From assembly GCA_043228905.1 (NCBI GenBank), contig JBHGNT010000007.1, forward strand, positions 12,648,001 to 12,712,000: a stretch of 64,000 nt of DNA, given 5' to 3'. Both the position numbers and the translations under genes were made by a program. Within the stretch, counting starts at the first letter, position 1. Each line of letters opens with the position of its first letter. Positions 24,401-37,022 of the stretch are shown in pieces. The notes under the pieces were generated by a model that saw only the letters and a program-made list of their open reading frames with translations, ran no database searches and had not been told where the DNA came from. Source of the DNA: Azolla caroliniana (Eukaryota; Plantae; Polypodiophyta).

Positions 24401-26734
24401 GCAAACTGGCGTGCCACGATGGAGGAAGAGATGCACGCATTATTGGACAACAAGACTTGGGACCTGGTTCCGTACCTAAAGGTGTTAAGCCGATCGGATG
24501 CAGATGGGTGTTTAAGGTGAAATACAACATTGACGGCTCGGTCAACCGATATATGGCCCGTTTGGTTGCGAAAGGCTACGTGCAGAAGCACGGCATCGAT
24601 TACGACAAGACCTTCTCGCTTGTTGCGAAGATGACTACCGTGCGAATTCTACTAGCCGTAGGTGCGGGGAAGGGGTGGCATCTACGTCAAATGGATGTAA
24701 AGAATATGTTTCTCCAAGGTGATCTTGAGGAACAGGTGTACATGGTACAACCCCCTAGATTTCTATCCGAACAGAACACTTCGGCAGTCTGCCAATTGAA
24801 GAAGGTGTTATACGGCCTTAAGCAAGCCCCGAGCTTGGAACTCGAAGATTACGCAACGGTTGCGTAGAATGGGGTTTACAACGTCCAAATCAGACTCCTT
24901 GTTGTTCGTTCGGCATGGTCGACATGGACCAGTTTGTCTCTTACTTTATGTTGATGATTTAGTCATCGCCGGTGCCGACCTGGAAGAAATCAGTCGCGTA
25001 AAGTCTTAGCTTGCGGAATCATCCTAAATGAAGGATCTTGGCGACCTTCATTACTTCCTCGGGATCGATGTGATCTTTTCCCCCGGAGCCATATTGATCA
25101 GTCAGCATCATTACGCACTGAATATGCTCTTCAAGTTCGGGATGGCAGATTGTAAGCCCATCTCGACCCATGTGGAGAGAAATGTAAAGCTTCACCAAAA
25201 TTCGGGAAAGGCGTGCAATCCGACACGGTTTCGACAGATTGTCGGAAGCCTCATCTACTTGACGATGACTCGGCCGGACCTCAGCTATCCAGTCGGAGTG
25301 ATCAGTCAATTTATGTCATAGCCCAGGATCGAACAACTTCAGTGCATGCAAAGGATATTACGATATGTCAATGGCACAAAAGACATGGCGTTATTGTATC
25401 GTGCAGACGTAGTTGAGCAGTTAGTTGGCTACACAAATGCTGATTGGGCCAGAAATGCCCACGATCGTAGATCCACATCCGGATACACATTCTGATTGGG
25501 AAGTGTGGCGATTGCGTGGAGCAGTAAGAAGCAGGCGACATTAGCATTGTCAAGCACAAAAGCCGAATATCGAGGGGCGATTGTCGCTACGTGCGAAGTC
25601 ATTTGGCTGAAACGGCTATTACGAGATGTGCACGTAGAGGTGTCCGATCCAACAGCAGCATCCACATTGCAAAAAACCTCAGCAGCATCTACCTTGCGAA
25701 AAACCCTATATTCCACGCTCAGATCAAGCACATTGAGGTGCACTACCATTTTGTCCGCGAGTGTGTCCTTTCTGGTGAAGTCGAACTGGCGTATGTTCCA
25801 ACGGGTCGGCAGATTGCCGACATCTTCACCAAGCCCCTTAGTCTCAACACGTTACGACATTTCTCGGTTGAACTACATTTGCGGAACCTCGACACGCCGA
25901 ACTTGAGGGGGAGACAAGAACAAGAACAAGAGCATGAAAGGAGCGGTAATAACCGCGATGCCGAATTGGATGAAGAATTGGATTTCGGGTCAGTTGAAGA
26001 AGCCAAAGAAGAAAACAAGGGATGTAATCGCACGGAAGAGCCGAAGACAACCGAACAAAGGGGAAACAAAGCTAAAAAATCCGTAAAGGCCAAGACTAAG
26101 ACATGGTCAGACGTAGTTAAGGGCCTGAACATAGAAGACAAATTGGAGACACAAAATTCGGGCGAAAGAGGGAATGAATTGAAAATGTTCGATTCGGATA
26201 CGCCGAATCAACTGAAGCGGAGAAAAGGGCAGAGGAAGAGGCGCCAACACTGTGACATCAAGGGAGCTAAGAAAGGCCGCATGAGTAGACAAGCCGATCG
26301 GAAGGGACGAAGTGCGCGGAAACGGACGGGTCGAGGAGCGCGAGCGAGGCGTGAAGCCAAGAGAAGCCGGAGAGAAGATCTGGAAAAGAAAATCAAACCT
26401 CAAGTTGAGCTTGAGGGGGGGTGTTGAGAGACAAGCTCAACATTGGGAGCGTAAACGGGTGCGTAACCCAGTGCGTAGACTGGGTGTGTAAAACCATACG
26501 CAAAATATGGTCGTAGCGGTATGTCAACCGAGAGGCCGTTAGAATGTTATTCTTCGTAAGGAATAATTTTGGGGGTAAGTGTAGGATGCTCATTTATAAG
26601 CAATTAGGTACTATAAGTACTTGTGTCAGCCCGATAGTCAAGGCTTGTATAAAAGGTGCTCATTGAGCACCAAGTATGTACAGAGAACATACATAGAATT
26701 ATTTTGAATATAGTTACGTTTTTGCTCTCTCTCT
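21419..26734 (+). mobile_element. Copia element I (5' LTR 21419-21822, Met PBS 21823-21834, degenerate gag-pol, PPT 26413-26421, 3' LTR from 26422 cut by H)
   Basis: LTR pair TGTTGAGAGACAAG; TGGTATCAGAGC; WYVDSGAS protease, INT, RT, RH (KHIEVHYHFVRE). Confidence 0.93.
22231..22424 (+). repeat. Internally deleted solo LTR of the J chromovirus family
   Basis: TGTCATGA...TGACA, homologous to reverse complement of 39978-40402; perfect TSD CAGGG. Confidence 0.9.
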
Positions 26735-27265
26735 TGTTGGGAAATCGGTCCCTCCAAATGGGATCCAGTGATGAATGAAGAGGACCCAGTGAGAACCGGA
26801 AGAGACCCAGTGAGAACCGGAAAAGATCCGGAAACAGGATCGGATGGACCCGGTAAGAACCGGATGAGAAGACATATGTGTAAATATGTTTTTTGAGTAA
26901 GCCTATTGAGGCTATATTTGTAAATAGCCCTACGTTCATATAAGTATAAATATGACTTCGGGCAATTAGATTATGTAGTAGTTGTCCTATTGTTGTATGT
27001 GCATAACTGTTGTAAAGAAATACTCTGTTGTAACCGCCGGTTGCCGAAGAAATAGAGCTCGAGGCCGTTGCATCTAAGTCTTTGATTGTACCCTCTTTTC
27101 TTCATAGTGGTAGTTGGAGTCTGTGGGCTTCCATGGTTTTTCCCATTCAAGGTTTTCCACATTGTCATAGTGTGAATCACCAACTACGTGAAATATGTAA
27201 AACACTATATTTGATTTAGAGTATGTATAATAAATAAAAATTAGAATATTAAAAATGTTTATTAC

Positions 27266-27335
27266 GTGCATAGGGTAGGATTCAAACCCTGTACCTCCAC
27301 GTAGACAAACCCCAACCTTACCACTATACTAGCAC
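27266..27335 (-). promoter_or_regulatory. tRNA-Asp-derived A-box/B-box cassette in D-family LTR (also ~33514-33582 and 19677-19743)
   Basis: TAGTATAGTGGTAAG...TGTCTACGTGG...GGTTTGAATCC; A-box segment matches the recalled plant tRNA-Asp(GUC). Confidence 0.6.
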
Positions 27336-27841
27336 ACTATGAATGTTAAAGTTATACAAAACTTTATCCCATGTAAATATTCTAGATATGCATAGTACGA
27401 AAAGTTATTCATGCATGCACACCCGAGTTAAAAGAAAAGATGGGATAGAAAGCTAATCATGCACATGCAGTGTGCATGAAAACTAAAGTTAGGAAAAGCA
27501 TGATGCTGGCATGTGATAAACTTAGACTCTTCCAACACTATATAAGGAAGAGAGAAAAATGTATAGAGTTGTTGATTTTTTTTTAGAAGGATTGGTTAAT
27601 ACAAAATATTCGTGGGATTCACGATTTTACCATCTAATTCTCTCTTACAATCTAATTACCCATTAATACATTATACTCGTGGGATTCACGAGTTTCATAT
27701 CTTCTTCTTACAATCTCTTCCTAACTAACATTATCTCACATTCTTCTTTCTCCTAGTCCAAAACCCCAGCGATTCCCACCCGACTCACGCAAACGATCCG
27801 GCGCCGAAAGGAAAGACACAAGTGGTGAACCCGACGTGAAC

Positions 27842-30800
27842 ATGGGTGGCAAGGAGATGGAAAATCAACCGGAGGCTAACAACATGATGATGATGTTCGA
27901 GCGGATGCTTCAAGAACAACGTGCGATGTCGGAGATAGCAGCGGCAGTAGAGCGGCTCATGCAACGGATCGGGCAATTCAACGGAAAGGACGTATCACGC
28001 TATCTTCGGGACTACAAGGCGGAAATGATACGGTGCGGGATTTTGGAAGGACTGCAAGTGACATCCTTCAACCGGGTAGCTACCGACAAGCTTCAAGCAA
28101 GTATCCACAGGCTACGACAATAAAATCCGACGTGGGAAGCATTTGAAGAGGCGCTAAAGACCACTTTCGCTATCGAGGACTCCTCCAAGGCAGCGCGGAG
28201 AGGATTTGAGGATTGGGTGGAAACGCCGGACAAGGGGATGAAGGTCCTCGATGTGTTTTCGGCATTCGAAAGTCGGTTCGGGATGTTGTCTACGAGAGAT
28301 CAAGCTATCCTCGTGCCGGACAAAGTTATCATGTTCTTACGAGCCGTAGACGTCCGGGACTGGAAGGATCTTGGAGTGCTTCTAGAGGACACGAATACCG
28401 AGAGTGGCCTCACCGAAACATGGGAAAGTGTGCGGGATATCGTTGCACGATACACAAAGAGGGGGCAATGGCTTGCCAACGAAGAAAAGAGGGTTTCAGA
28501 ACCGATTCCGAAACCGAGATCCGGATCGGAAGACCATCAACCACGGGCTCGGGAGACTACGACCGAGAAGGGAATCGACACATCCACGGTGGAGCAATTG
28601 TTGAAGGAGATGAAGAATTTGGAAATTGTGATGGTGAAGAAGACGGAAGACCGTCCCACAAGTTCCAAGTACATGGACCGTCGATGCATATGGTGCGATA
28701 GCACCGAACATGATCGGAGAGATTGTGACGAGCACAAGGAGGCGTTACGACAAGATCTTATCTACTATGAGGGAAATTGGATTCATTCGATGGATTCTCG
28801 GAATCCACTACGACCAAACTTCCGGAAAGGCGGCATGAAGAAGGTCCTAGAGGAGGAGATTGCGGCAAAAGACAATTATGCGACAACCACGGGAATACGT
28901 GTGGGGGAGTCATCTGCAGCAAAGGCGTCGTTTTGGCCGGAAGTGTTAGAAATTTCGAAGAAAGCCAACCATGATAAAATCCGAAGCGCCATGGAATGTA
29001 TTCAGGAAGCTACGGGATGGGAGTGCCCCGTAGATAAAAATAGCGTACATGCGTTATGTCAATAGCATGAAGTGTAGGTGGATGAAAAACGACGGTGCAC
29101 GGATGATGTGGCCAGACCATCAAAGACACCGGAAAGCTGGAACTCCGAAGGGAAGGGAAGGGAAAAGAAAAGACGATTCCGGCATCGAACATCGGACATC
29201 AGACATCGAACAACAAACGGACTTGAAAAAGGTGTTTGAGGAGAGAATTGTCGATAGCCAGGTAGAATTTTCGCTTCGGGAATTACTTGGAATAGCGAAG
29301 AAGGAATTCCACGATCTTCTTGTGGATCTCGTGAAGAGAAAAAGACAAAGTACGGAGGAAAATGCTCCAAGGGTGAATGCAAATACCGTCTTAATGAATG
29401 ACATCGAAGTGGAGGACGAAATATCGAACTCCCACTACACAAGGCCACACTGGGCATGTGCAACTACGGAGACCCCGATCCGAATCGGCAACATCAAAGA
29501 GCCCGTGCTAGCATTGATTGATCACGGATCGGAGATCAATTTGATGTCCAAGGAGTTCTACCGGAAGGGGAAGTGGACTATAAACACTAACCATGGATGG
29601 AAGATCCGGGCAGCCACTAAAGCAATGGAAGATCTATTTGCGGCTTGTCCGGATGTGATGGTGAAGATCGGGGATGTCGAGATCGACCAAAATTTCCCCT
29701 TTGTCTCCATCTGTAAAGTCGTGATAAATAGCGGTGCAGCTTTCGCACGAATTCGGAGCCAAAGCGGAGGGAAATCCATCCAATTCCTAATTGTGCCAGC
29801 AAATCATGAAAGGAACAAGAGAGAGCTCTTGTCCCAAACAAGAATGTATTTTTAGAGCGGACTATTATAGAGTGGGGAAGTGATAGTCTAAGAAGCCTTG
29901 ATACCCCACACAGGAAGAAAACTCTCGGAGCAAAACAAGTACGAATCGGTCCGGATGGGGCATCCACGTACACGGCCATAACCGAAGGAATGAAGAAAGA
30001 ATACCAAAAAGTGGAGGATAAGTTACGGTCGGCATCAATAATAAAAGAAAACGAAGAAATCGTGGGAATAGTCAAAGAAGTGTTCTATGGGAGCACGCTA
30101 CAATGGCTTGAAGAACTTGCGGAAGATACAAGAAGAAGATGTACGAGATGTACGAGATTTTTGCGAAAATGGGGCCGGATGCACTCCGCAAAGAAGCAAT
30201 GGTAAGTACGAAATACAAGACCGTGGAGAAGAAAGTGAAACCGGCCGCGGGACCATTACCCGCCGATAGTGAGCAAAAGAGGAAAGAAATCTCGAGAGAT
30301 CCGACACTTCGGAAGTCCGTGGATATCGGACATGCCTTCACGGATGAGATCCGGAAGGCACTTCGGATCGGTGGTTTCCTTTTACAAAATGAAGAAGAAC
30401 GATTCCGTGGGATGTTGGAACAACATGGGAAAGCATTTGCATTCACATCGAAGGAGATAGGGCGTTGATCCGAAGATAGTGGAGCCAATGGTGATCTTCA
30501 TGATTGACCATGTGACGTGGAACCTGAAGCCGATTCTGGTGCCGCGGGCACATATTCCCAAAATCATCAACTTGCTCAAGGAGAAGGTGGCGATGGGGAT
30601 TCTAGAGCCATCAAACGCTCCGTACTCAAATCGATGGTTTACGGTTCCGAAGAAGAATGGGTCACTCCGATTTATCCAAGACTTGCAACTGGTGAACAAG
30701 GTCATGATCCGGAACTCCGGAGTCGGTCCGATAGTGGACGAATTTGCGGAAGCATTTGCCGGTCGTGCGATATACTCCATTGGAGACCTATACTCGGGGT

Positions 30801-33354
30801 ATGACCAATTCCAACTAGTCGTGGAGAGCCGAGACATCACTACCATGCGGACACCGATAGGATTAGTCCGGATGTGTACGCTACCACAAGGCGCGACGAA
30901 CTCGGTCGCACATATGATGAATGCAATGAACAAGGTGCTTCGAGACTGCATTCCGGAGATAATGATGTTGTTCCTAGATGACATTCCGATGAAAGGATGC
31001 GCAGTAGAAGAAAAAGATGAAACTAAGGATGATCGGGGATGCTGAAAGTTCATAATCGACCATATTCGTGATTGCGAGAAAGTGCTTCGAAAGTTAGAAG
31101 ATGTGCACGTAACACTTTCCGGTGAGAAATCGGCATTTGGGCTAGAAGAAATATTGGTTGTCGGACATCTATGTGGGCCCTATGGCCGAAGACCGTCACC
31201 AACCAAGATCGATGCGATTCAAGCTATGAAATAAGTATGCAAGTCACAATCCGAAGTCTGAAGGTTTCTTGGATTATGTGCATTCTATCACATATGGATT
31301 CCGCACTATGCACATATTGCGGACCCACTCTATCACTTGTTGTGGAAGGGTAAGAAGTTCGAATGGAAACCGGAGCATACCAAAGCCGTGAAGAAGCTCA
31401 AGAAATCACTATGGAGGGCAAAAGCACTAAAGAAGCCGAACTATGACCAACCGATCATAGTAACGGTTGACACAGGTCCCACCGGAATCGGATGGGTCAT
31501 CAATCAAGCCGATCCGGAAGGTTCGCAATATCCGATCCGATTCAGAGCAAAGGTTCTAAACAAAAGGCAACGCGGATATGCACAAGTTAAAAGAGATTTA
31601 TGGGGAGTCGTGTCGGCAATCAAATCGGATCGAGATTATTTGATGGGAGCCGAAGTAGTGATCGAAACAGATTGTCTTCCGATACTCGGGATGATGCGGT
31701 GTTGCACGATACCGGATATGGCTATGCTAAGATGGATTGCATATGTTAAGTCGCTTAATCCGGACGTACGACACATCTCCGGAAAAGACAACGCAGTAGC
31801 GGATATGCTATCAAGGGCGTGGTTCAGAGATGACATAACCGAATCCGATAATGAAGAAGTTTTCGAAGACTACTTTGCTTCGGAGCACATATGTCGGGTG
31901 AACATATTCTGAAATTTCCGGGAAGAAGAATACGAGGGAGAAAGCTTGCTGATCGGGAAAGTGCTACAAGAAATGGAGGAATCATCGGACAATAAAGAGA
32001 AGAGAGCCTAGATCCGAACAAGAAGCGGCAAGTCCGAAAGTTCTTCTTGAAAAATGGATTAATATGGAGGGAGCCGAAAAGACCGGATGGCATACCACTT
32101 CGGGTAGTCGGGACAAAAGAGCAACGAAACCGGATAATGTCCGAATTTCACGAATCTGATTGGGCTGGACATCGAGGAACATGGGCAACTTTTGTGAAGA
32201 TCAAACAAAAATATTGGTGGAAGAACATGTACAAAAATATAGCGGAGTTCACGGAAAGCTGCGAGAAGTATCAAATCTACTCCGGAGTTTGATACCGAGA
32301 TGAGTTACATCTAACATTCTCACCGACAATCAACTTCAAGTAGATGGTCGATATTGTAGCCATGCCAACCAGGATCGGACAAAAGAAGTACTTGGTGTTA
32401 GCTCGGGAAGATCTCACAAACCAAGTAGAAGGTCGGGCGCTACGAAGGAAAACGTGTTTTGCGGTATGCCAATTTCTTTTGGAGGAGGTGTTTTGCAGGT
32501 ACGAGTGCGTAGGACAAGTGATTGTGGATTAGGGAGAACTCGACTTTGATAAAGCTAAGGAATTCTTCACCAAACATTGAGTTCGGTTAACACTAACAAC
32601 GGCATACAATCTGGAGGCCAACAGGAAAATCGAACGAGGACATAGTCCGATCGTTAAAGCAATTTCCAAAGCATGCGATGGAAGGGTGAAGGATTGGCCG
32701 TAGATGCTCCCGTATGCACTATGGGCGGATCGGACGACACATAGCTCCGTAAGCGGTTACATGCTGGCAAAACTCATGACCGGACAAGCACCAATAATGC
32801 CGACGGAAACCGTGATCGCGGCATGGACAGTGCTACCGAGGAAGGAAGAGATGAGCCGGGAAGAACTACTAGCAGTCCGGATACGACAACTAGAGGGAAG
32901 ATCGGAAGACATAGCGGAAGCAATACGCCGACAACAAGAAGCGCGATTCCGGAATAAAAGCCGGTTCAACACAAAGCACCGACTACGATCGCGGAAGATT
33001 GAAGAAGGAGATTGGTTGATTGTCTACGACAATAATTTGGATCATCAACATACAACGATGCGGAAGTTCGCGAAAAGGTGGTTCGGGCTATACGAGGTTC
33101 GGAAAGTTTTCGACAATGGAACTTACCGACTATGCGAGTTGGATGGAACGATACTACGAGTGCCTATAGCCGGGAAACAAGTGAAGATTTTCAAAAAACA
33201 GACTGATGAAGAACCCTATGTGATCCTACATAAGACCGACAAGAAGGAGCAATCGGACGAAGATCACGGTGTTGCGGAAAGCGAAGAAAGTGGATTACAA
33301 CTCATAGTCGACATAAGGGGAGAATCGGAGGAAGCTTCGGATGAAGGTGAATAG
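27842..33354 (+). pseudogene. gag-pol of element D (multiple nonsense codons/frameshifts)
   Basis: gag with CIWCDSTEHDRRDC knuckle, LIDHGSE protease, DLYSGYDQ/FLDDI RT, TVDTGPTGIGW RH, INT ending KRWFGLY. Confidence 0.92.
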
Positions 33355-33790
33355 CAAGCATCGGGGACTTCGGCACATACCGGAGGATGTGTGGGTTCGG
33401 AGGGGGGGAGTGTCGTAGTGTGAATCACACACTACGTGAAATATGTAAAACACTATATCTGATTTATAGTACGTATAATAAATAATAAATAGAATATTAA
33501 AAATGTTTATTACGTGCATAGGGTAGGATTCAAACCCTGTACCTCCACGTAGACAAACCCCAACCTTACCACTATACTAGCATACTATAAATTTTAAAGT
33601 TATACTAAACTTTATCCCATGTAAATATTCTAGATATGTATGGTACAAAAAGTTATTCATGCATACACACTCGAGTTAAAAGAAAAGATGGGATAGAAAG
33701 CTAATCATGCACATGCAGTGTGCATGAAAACTAAAGTTAGGAAAAGCATGATGCTGGCATGTGATAAACCTAAACTCTTCCAACACTATA

Positions 33791-36700
33791 TGACGGGAAC
33801 TCAAACGCTCCTTATGCACAACACTCGGCCACAACCGAGATTATTTTCATATACAGAAAACGGGAAACAAATGCACGCGACACAAAGGAGAGAAAAGGTA
33901 CACAGAATTTCTACGTGGAAAACCCAAAGAGGGAAAAACCACGGCAGCCCACAGGCTGCAAACTATCACTATGTTGGAATGTACAAAACAGTGAGTTCAC
34001 GGAGGCGACGACCTCGTGCTCACGATCTTCGCCACAGGCGGCGGTTACAACAGAGGCAGCGACCTCTTTCTCTCTCTCTCTCTCTGTACATTGTTACGTG
34101 CTCTCTCTTCTTCTTGCACCAACAAGAAAAATGACAACAACTCATACACATGTTTGCCCTAAGTCATATTTATACTGATATGACTTTTTCGGCTATTTAC
34201 AAATATAGCCTCGATGGGATCTCAGAAACATATTTACGAATATGTCTCTACCTCCGGTTCTCACCGGGTCTGCGTCATCCAGCTCTCCATAGCCGGGTGT
34301 TCCTCATCCGGTTCTCACCGGGCCTGCACCATCCGGCTCTCCGTAGCCGGGTACTCCTCATCCGGTTCTCACCGGGTCTGCACCATCCGGCTCTCCATAG
34401 CCGAGTACTCCTCATCCGGTTCACACCGGGTCTGTATCATCCAGCTCTCCGTAGCCGGGTACTCCTCATCCGGTTCATACCGGGTCTGCACCATCCGGCT
34501 CTCCGTAGCCGGGTACTCCTCTTCCGGTTTCGGCCTCGGCCGAGTTTGTTCATCGGCACTGTTCTTCTCCCTTCCCATCCGGAGGGACCTGTCTCCCAAC
34601 AAACTCCCCCTTCACTCCGGCATGGGGTGTCTTACCAGTCCGATCCTCTTCCGACATGCGTTCAGCTTGTCGGGTGTCAGCACTTTGGTCAGCATATCTG
34701 ACCCGTTCTCGACCGTGTGGATCTTCGTCAGTGCGAACTCCTGGTCATCTACTCTTTCCCGGATCCAGTGATACCTCCGTTGGATATGCTTCGTCCGGGA
34801 ATGGTAGGCCGCATTCTTAGCAAGGTGGATGGCACTTTGACTGTCGCAATAGAGTCGGTATTCCTCTTGCCAGATACCGAGCTCTCCGATGAAGTCCTTC
34901 ATCCATAATATTTCCTTGCCGGCTTCCACAGCCGCCATGTACTCCGCCTCTGTGGTTGACAATGCAACCGTCTTCTGCAGCCTCGACTGCCACGAAACAG
35001 CTCCCCCTACATATGTCATTACATACCCAGATGTAGACCGGCTGGTATCCACATCAGCCGACATGTCCGAATCGGTGAAACCGTCCAATTGAGGTTTTCC
35101 GGAGCCGAATCGGAGACACATATTTGAAGTGCCCTTCAAATACCAGAGTATCCATTTGACCGCGTTCCAGTGCTCCTTGTCGGGATTGCTCATAAACCAG
35201 CTCAGCACTCCGACTGCGTATCCTATATCCGGTCGGGTACACACCATTGCGTACATCAAGCTCCCGATGGCAGAGGCATATGGAATCTTCATCATATCCG
35301 CCTTCTCTGCTTTCGTCTTCGGGCTTTGCTTACCGGATAGCCTGCAGTTTGCCGGAAGTGTCGATCCGACCGGTTTCGCTTCTGACATGTTGAACCGGTG
35401 AAGCACCTTTCTCACGTACTTCTCCTGTGACAGCCATAATTGCTTCTTTGACCGGTCCCGAATGATGTGCATCCCCAACATCTGTCTTGCCGGACCCAAG
35501 TCTTTCATTGAGAAGGTCCGGTTGAGAGCCTTCTTCAGCATCCGTATCTTGACTTGGTCACGTCCGACGATCAACATGTCATCGACATACTAAAGGAGTA
35601 TCAGGAAGTCGCCTCCTTCAAACTTCTTCACAAACGCGCAGTGATTGGCCTGCGTCTTGTGGTACCCTTGATCGGTCATGAAGGAGTCAAACTTCCGGTA
35701 CCATTGTCGGGGGGCCTGCTTCAACCCGTAGAGGCTCTTCTTCAACCGGCATACCAGGTGCTCCTTCCCTTTCTCCACAAATCCCTCCGGTTGTTTCATG
35801 TAGATCTCCTCTTCGAGGTCACCGTGAAGGAATGTCGTCTTCACGTCCAGCTGTTCTACCTCGAGGTCCATGCTTGCCGCTATACTCAGCACCGTCCGGA
35901 TGGAGGTCATCTTTACTACCGGGGCAAATATCTCGTCGAAGTCACGCCCTTCTTCTGCTGGAACCCCTTCACCACGATCTTGGCTTTGTATCTCGAGGGG
36001 TTGCCGGCATCTCCCGGTTTCAACTTGTACACCCACTTGTTTCGGAGTGCCCGCCTTCCTTTCGGCAACTCCACCAATTCGTACGTATGGTTCTCATGCA
36101 GGGAATCCATCTCGTCCTGCATGGCACTTAACCATTTTCGGTTGTGGGTGTCATCCTTCGCTTCTTTGAAGCTTTCAGGCTCCCCCTCATCGGTCAGCAG
36201 AACATGCTCTGCATCCAGAAATCTCCGGGGGGCCCTTCTCTCTCTGAGAGGATATCTCCGTCTTTGGGCTTCGGTAGCCGGCTCCTCCATTTGCTCTTCA
36301 TCCGAATCCGATTCGGGGTCTAGGCCGGTTCTGGTCTCCGCTTCCTCTACTTCTTCTTCTGCCGGTTCGGTATCCTCACCGTATCCGGCTGGTTCTTCGA
36401 GTGCTAACCGGTCTCTCGCCGGTTGGGTCTGCTCATCGTAGAGTCAATCCTTACCGGTCGACTCAGAGTTCATTATCTTCTTCTCCGACTCCCAGTCGGC
36501 GAGCGTCTTGTCCTCCATGAAGATAATATCTCGACTCCGGAATACCTTCTTGTCGACCGGGTCCCACACTCGGTAGCCGAACTCATCGTCACCATAACCG
36601 AGGAATATGCATGGCCGGGTCTTTGGATCTAACTTTCCTCTCCAGTCCTTTTCTACATGCACGTACGCGAGACACCCGAACACCTTCAGATGCTGGTAGG

Positions 36701-37022
36701 ACACTTCCTTACGAATATGTCTCTACCTCCGGTTCTCACCGGGTCTGCGTCATCCGGCTCTCCGTAGCCGGGTGCTCCTCATCCGGTTCTCACCGGACCT
36801 GCACCATCCGACTCTCCGTAGCCGGGTACTCCTCAACCGGTTCACACTGGGTCTGTATCATCCAGCTCTCTGTAGCCGGGTACTCCTCATCCGGTTCATA
36901 CCGGGTCTGCACCATCTGGCTCTCCGTAGTCGGGTACTCCTCATCCGGTTTCGGCCTCGGCCGAGTTTGTTCATCGGCACTGTTCTTCTCCCTTCCCATC
37001 CGGAGGGACCTGTCTCCCAGCA
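33791..37022 (-). mobile_element. Internally deleted copia element E (3' LTR 33791-34601, RT/RH 34612-36708, partial 5' LTR 36709-37022)
   Basis: Perfect TSD CTATA; minus-strand PPT GAAGGGGGAGTT; RT-RH ORF 34612-35577; deletion junction with GTAA microhomology. Confidence 0.93.
34254..34525. repeat. 54-bp tandem repeat x5 in the LTR of E (x4 at ~36729-36945)
   Basis: Unit CCGGTTCTCACCGGGTCTGCACCATCCGGCTCTCCGTAGCCGGGTACTCCTCAT; 18-aa periodicity in overlapping ORFs. Confidence 0.92.

Noticed and set aside
27266-27335. Functional tRNA genes in LTRs (also 40330-40395)
   Set aside because: Cloverleaf arms incomplete; treated as tRNA-derived cassettes only
34150-34771. Repeat ORFs and a CRISPR-like array
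   Set aside because: 54-bp head-to-tail repeats without unique spacers, inside a copia LTR; ORFs are a by-product of the 3n unit length
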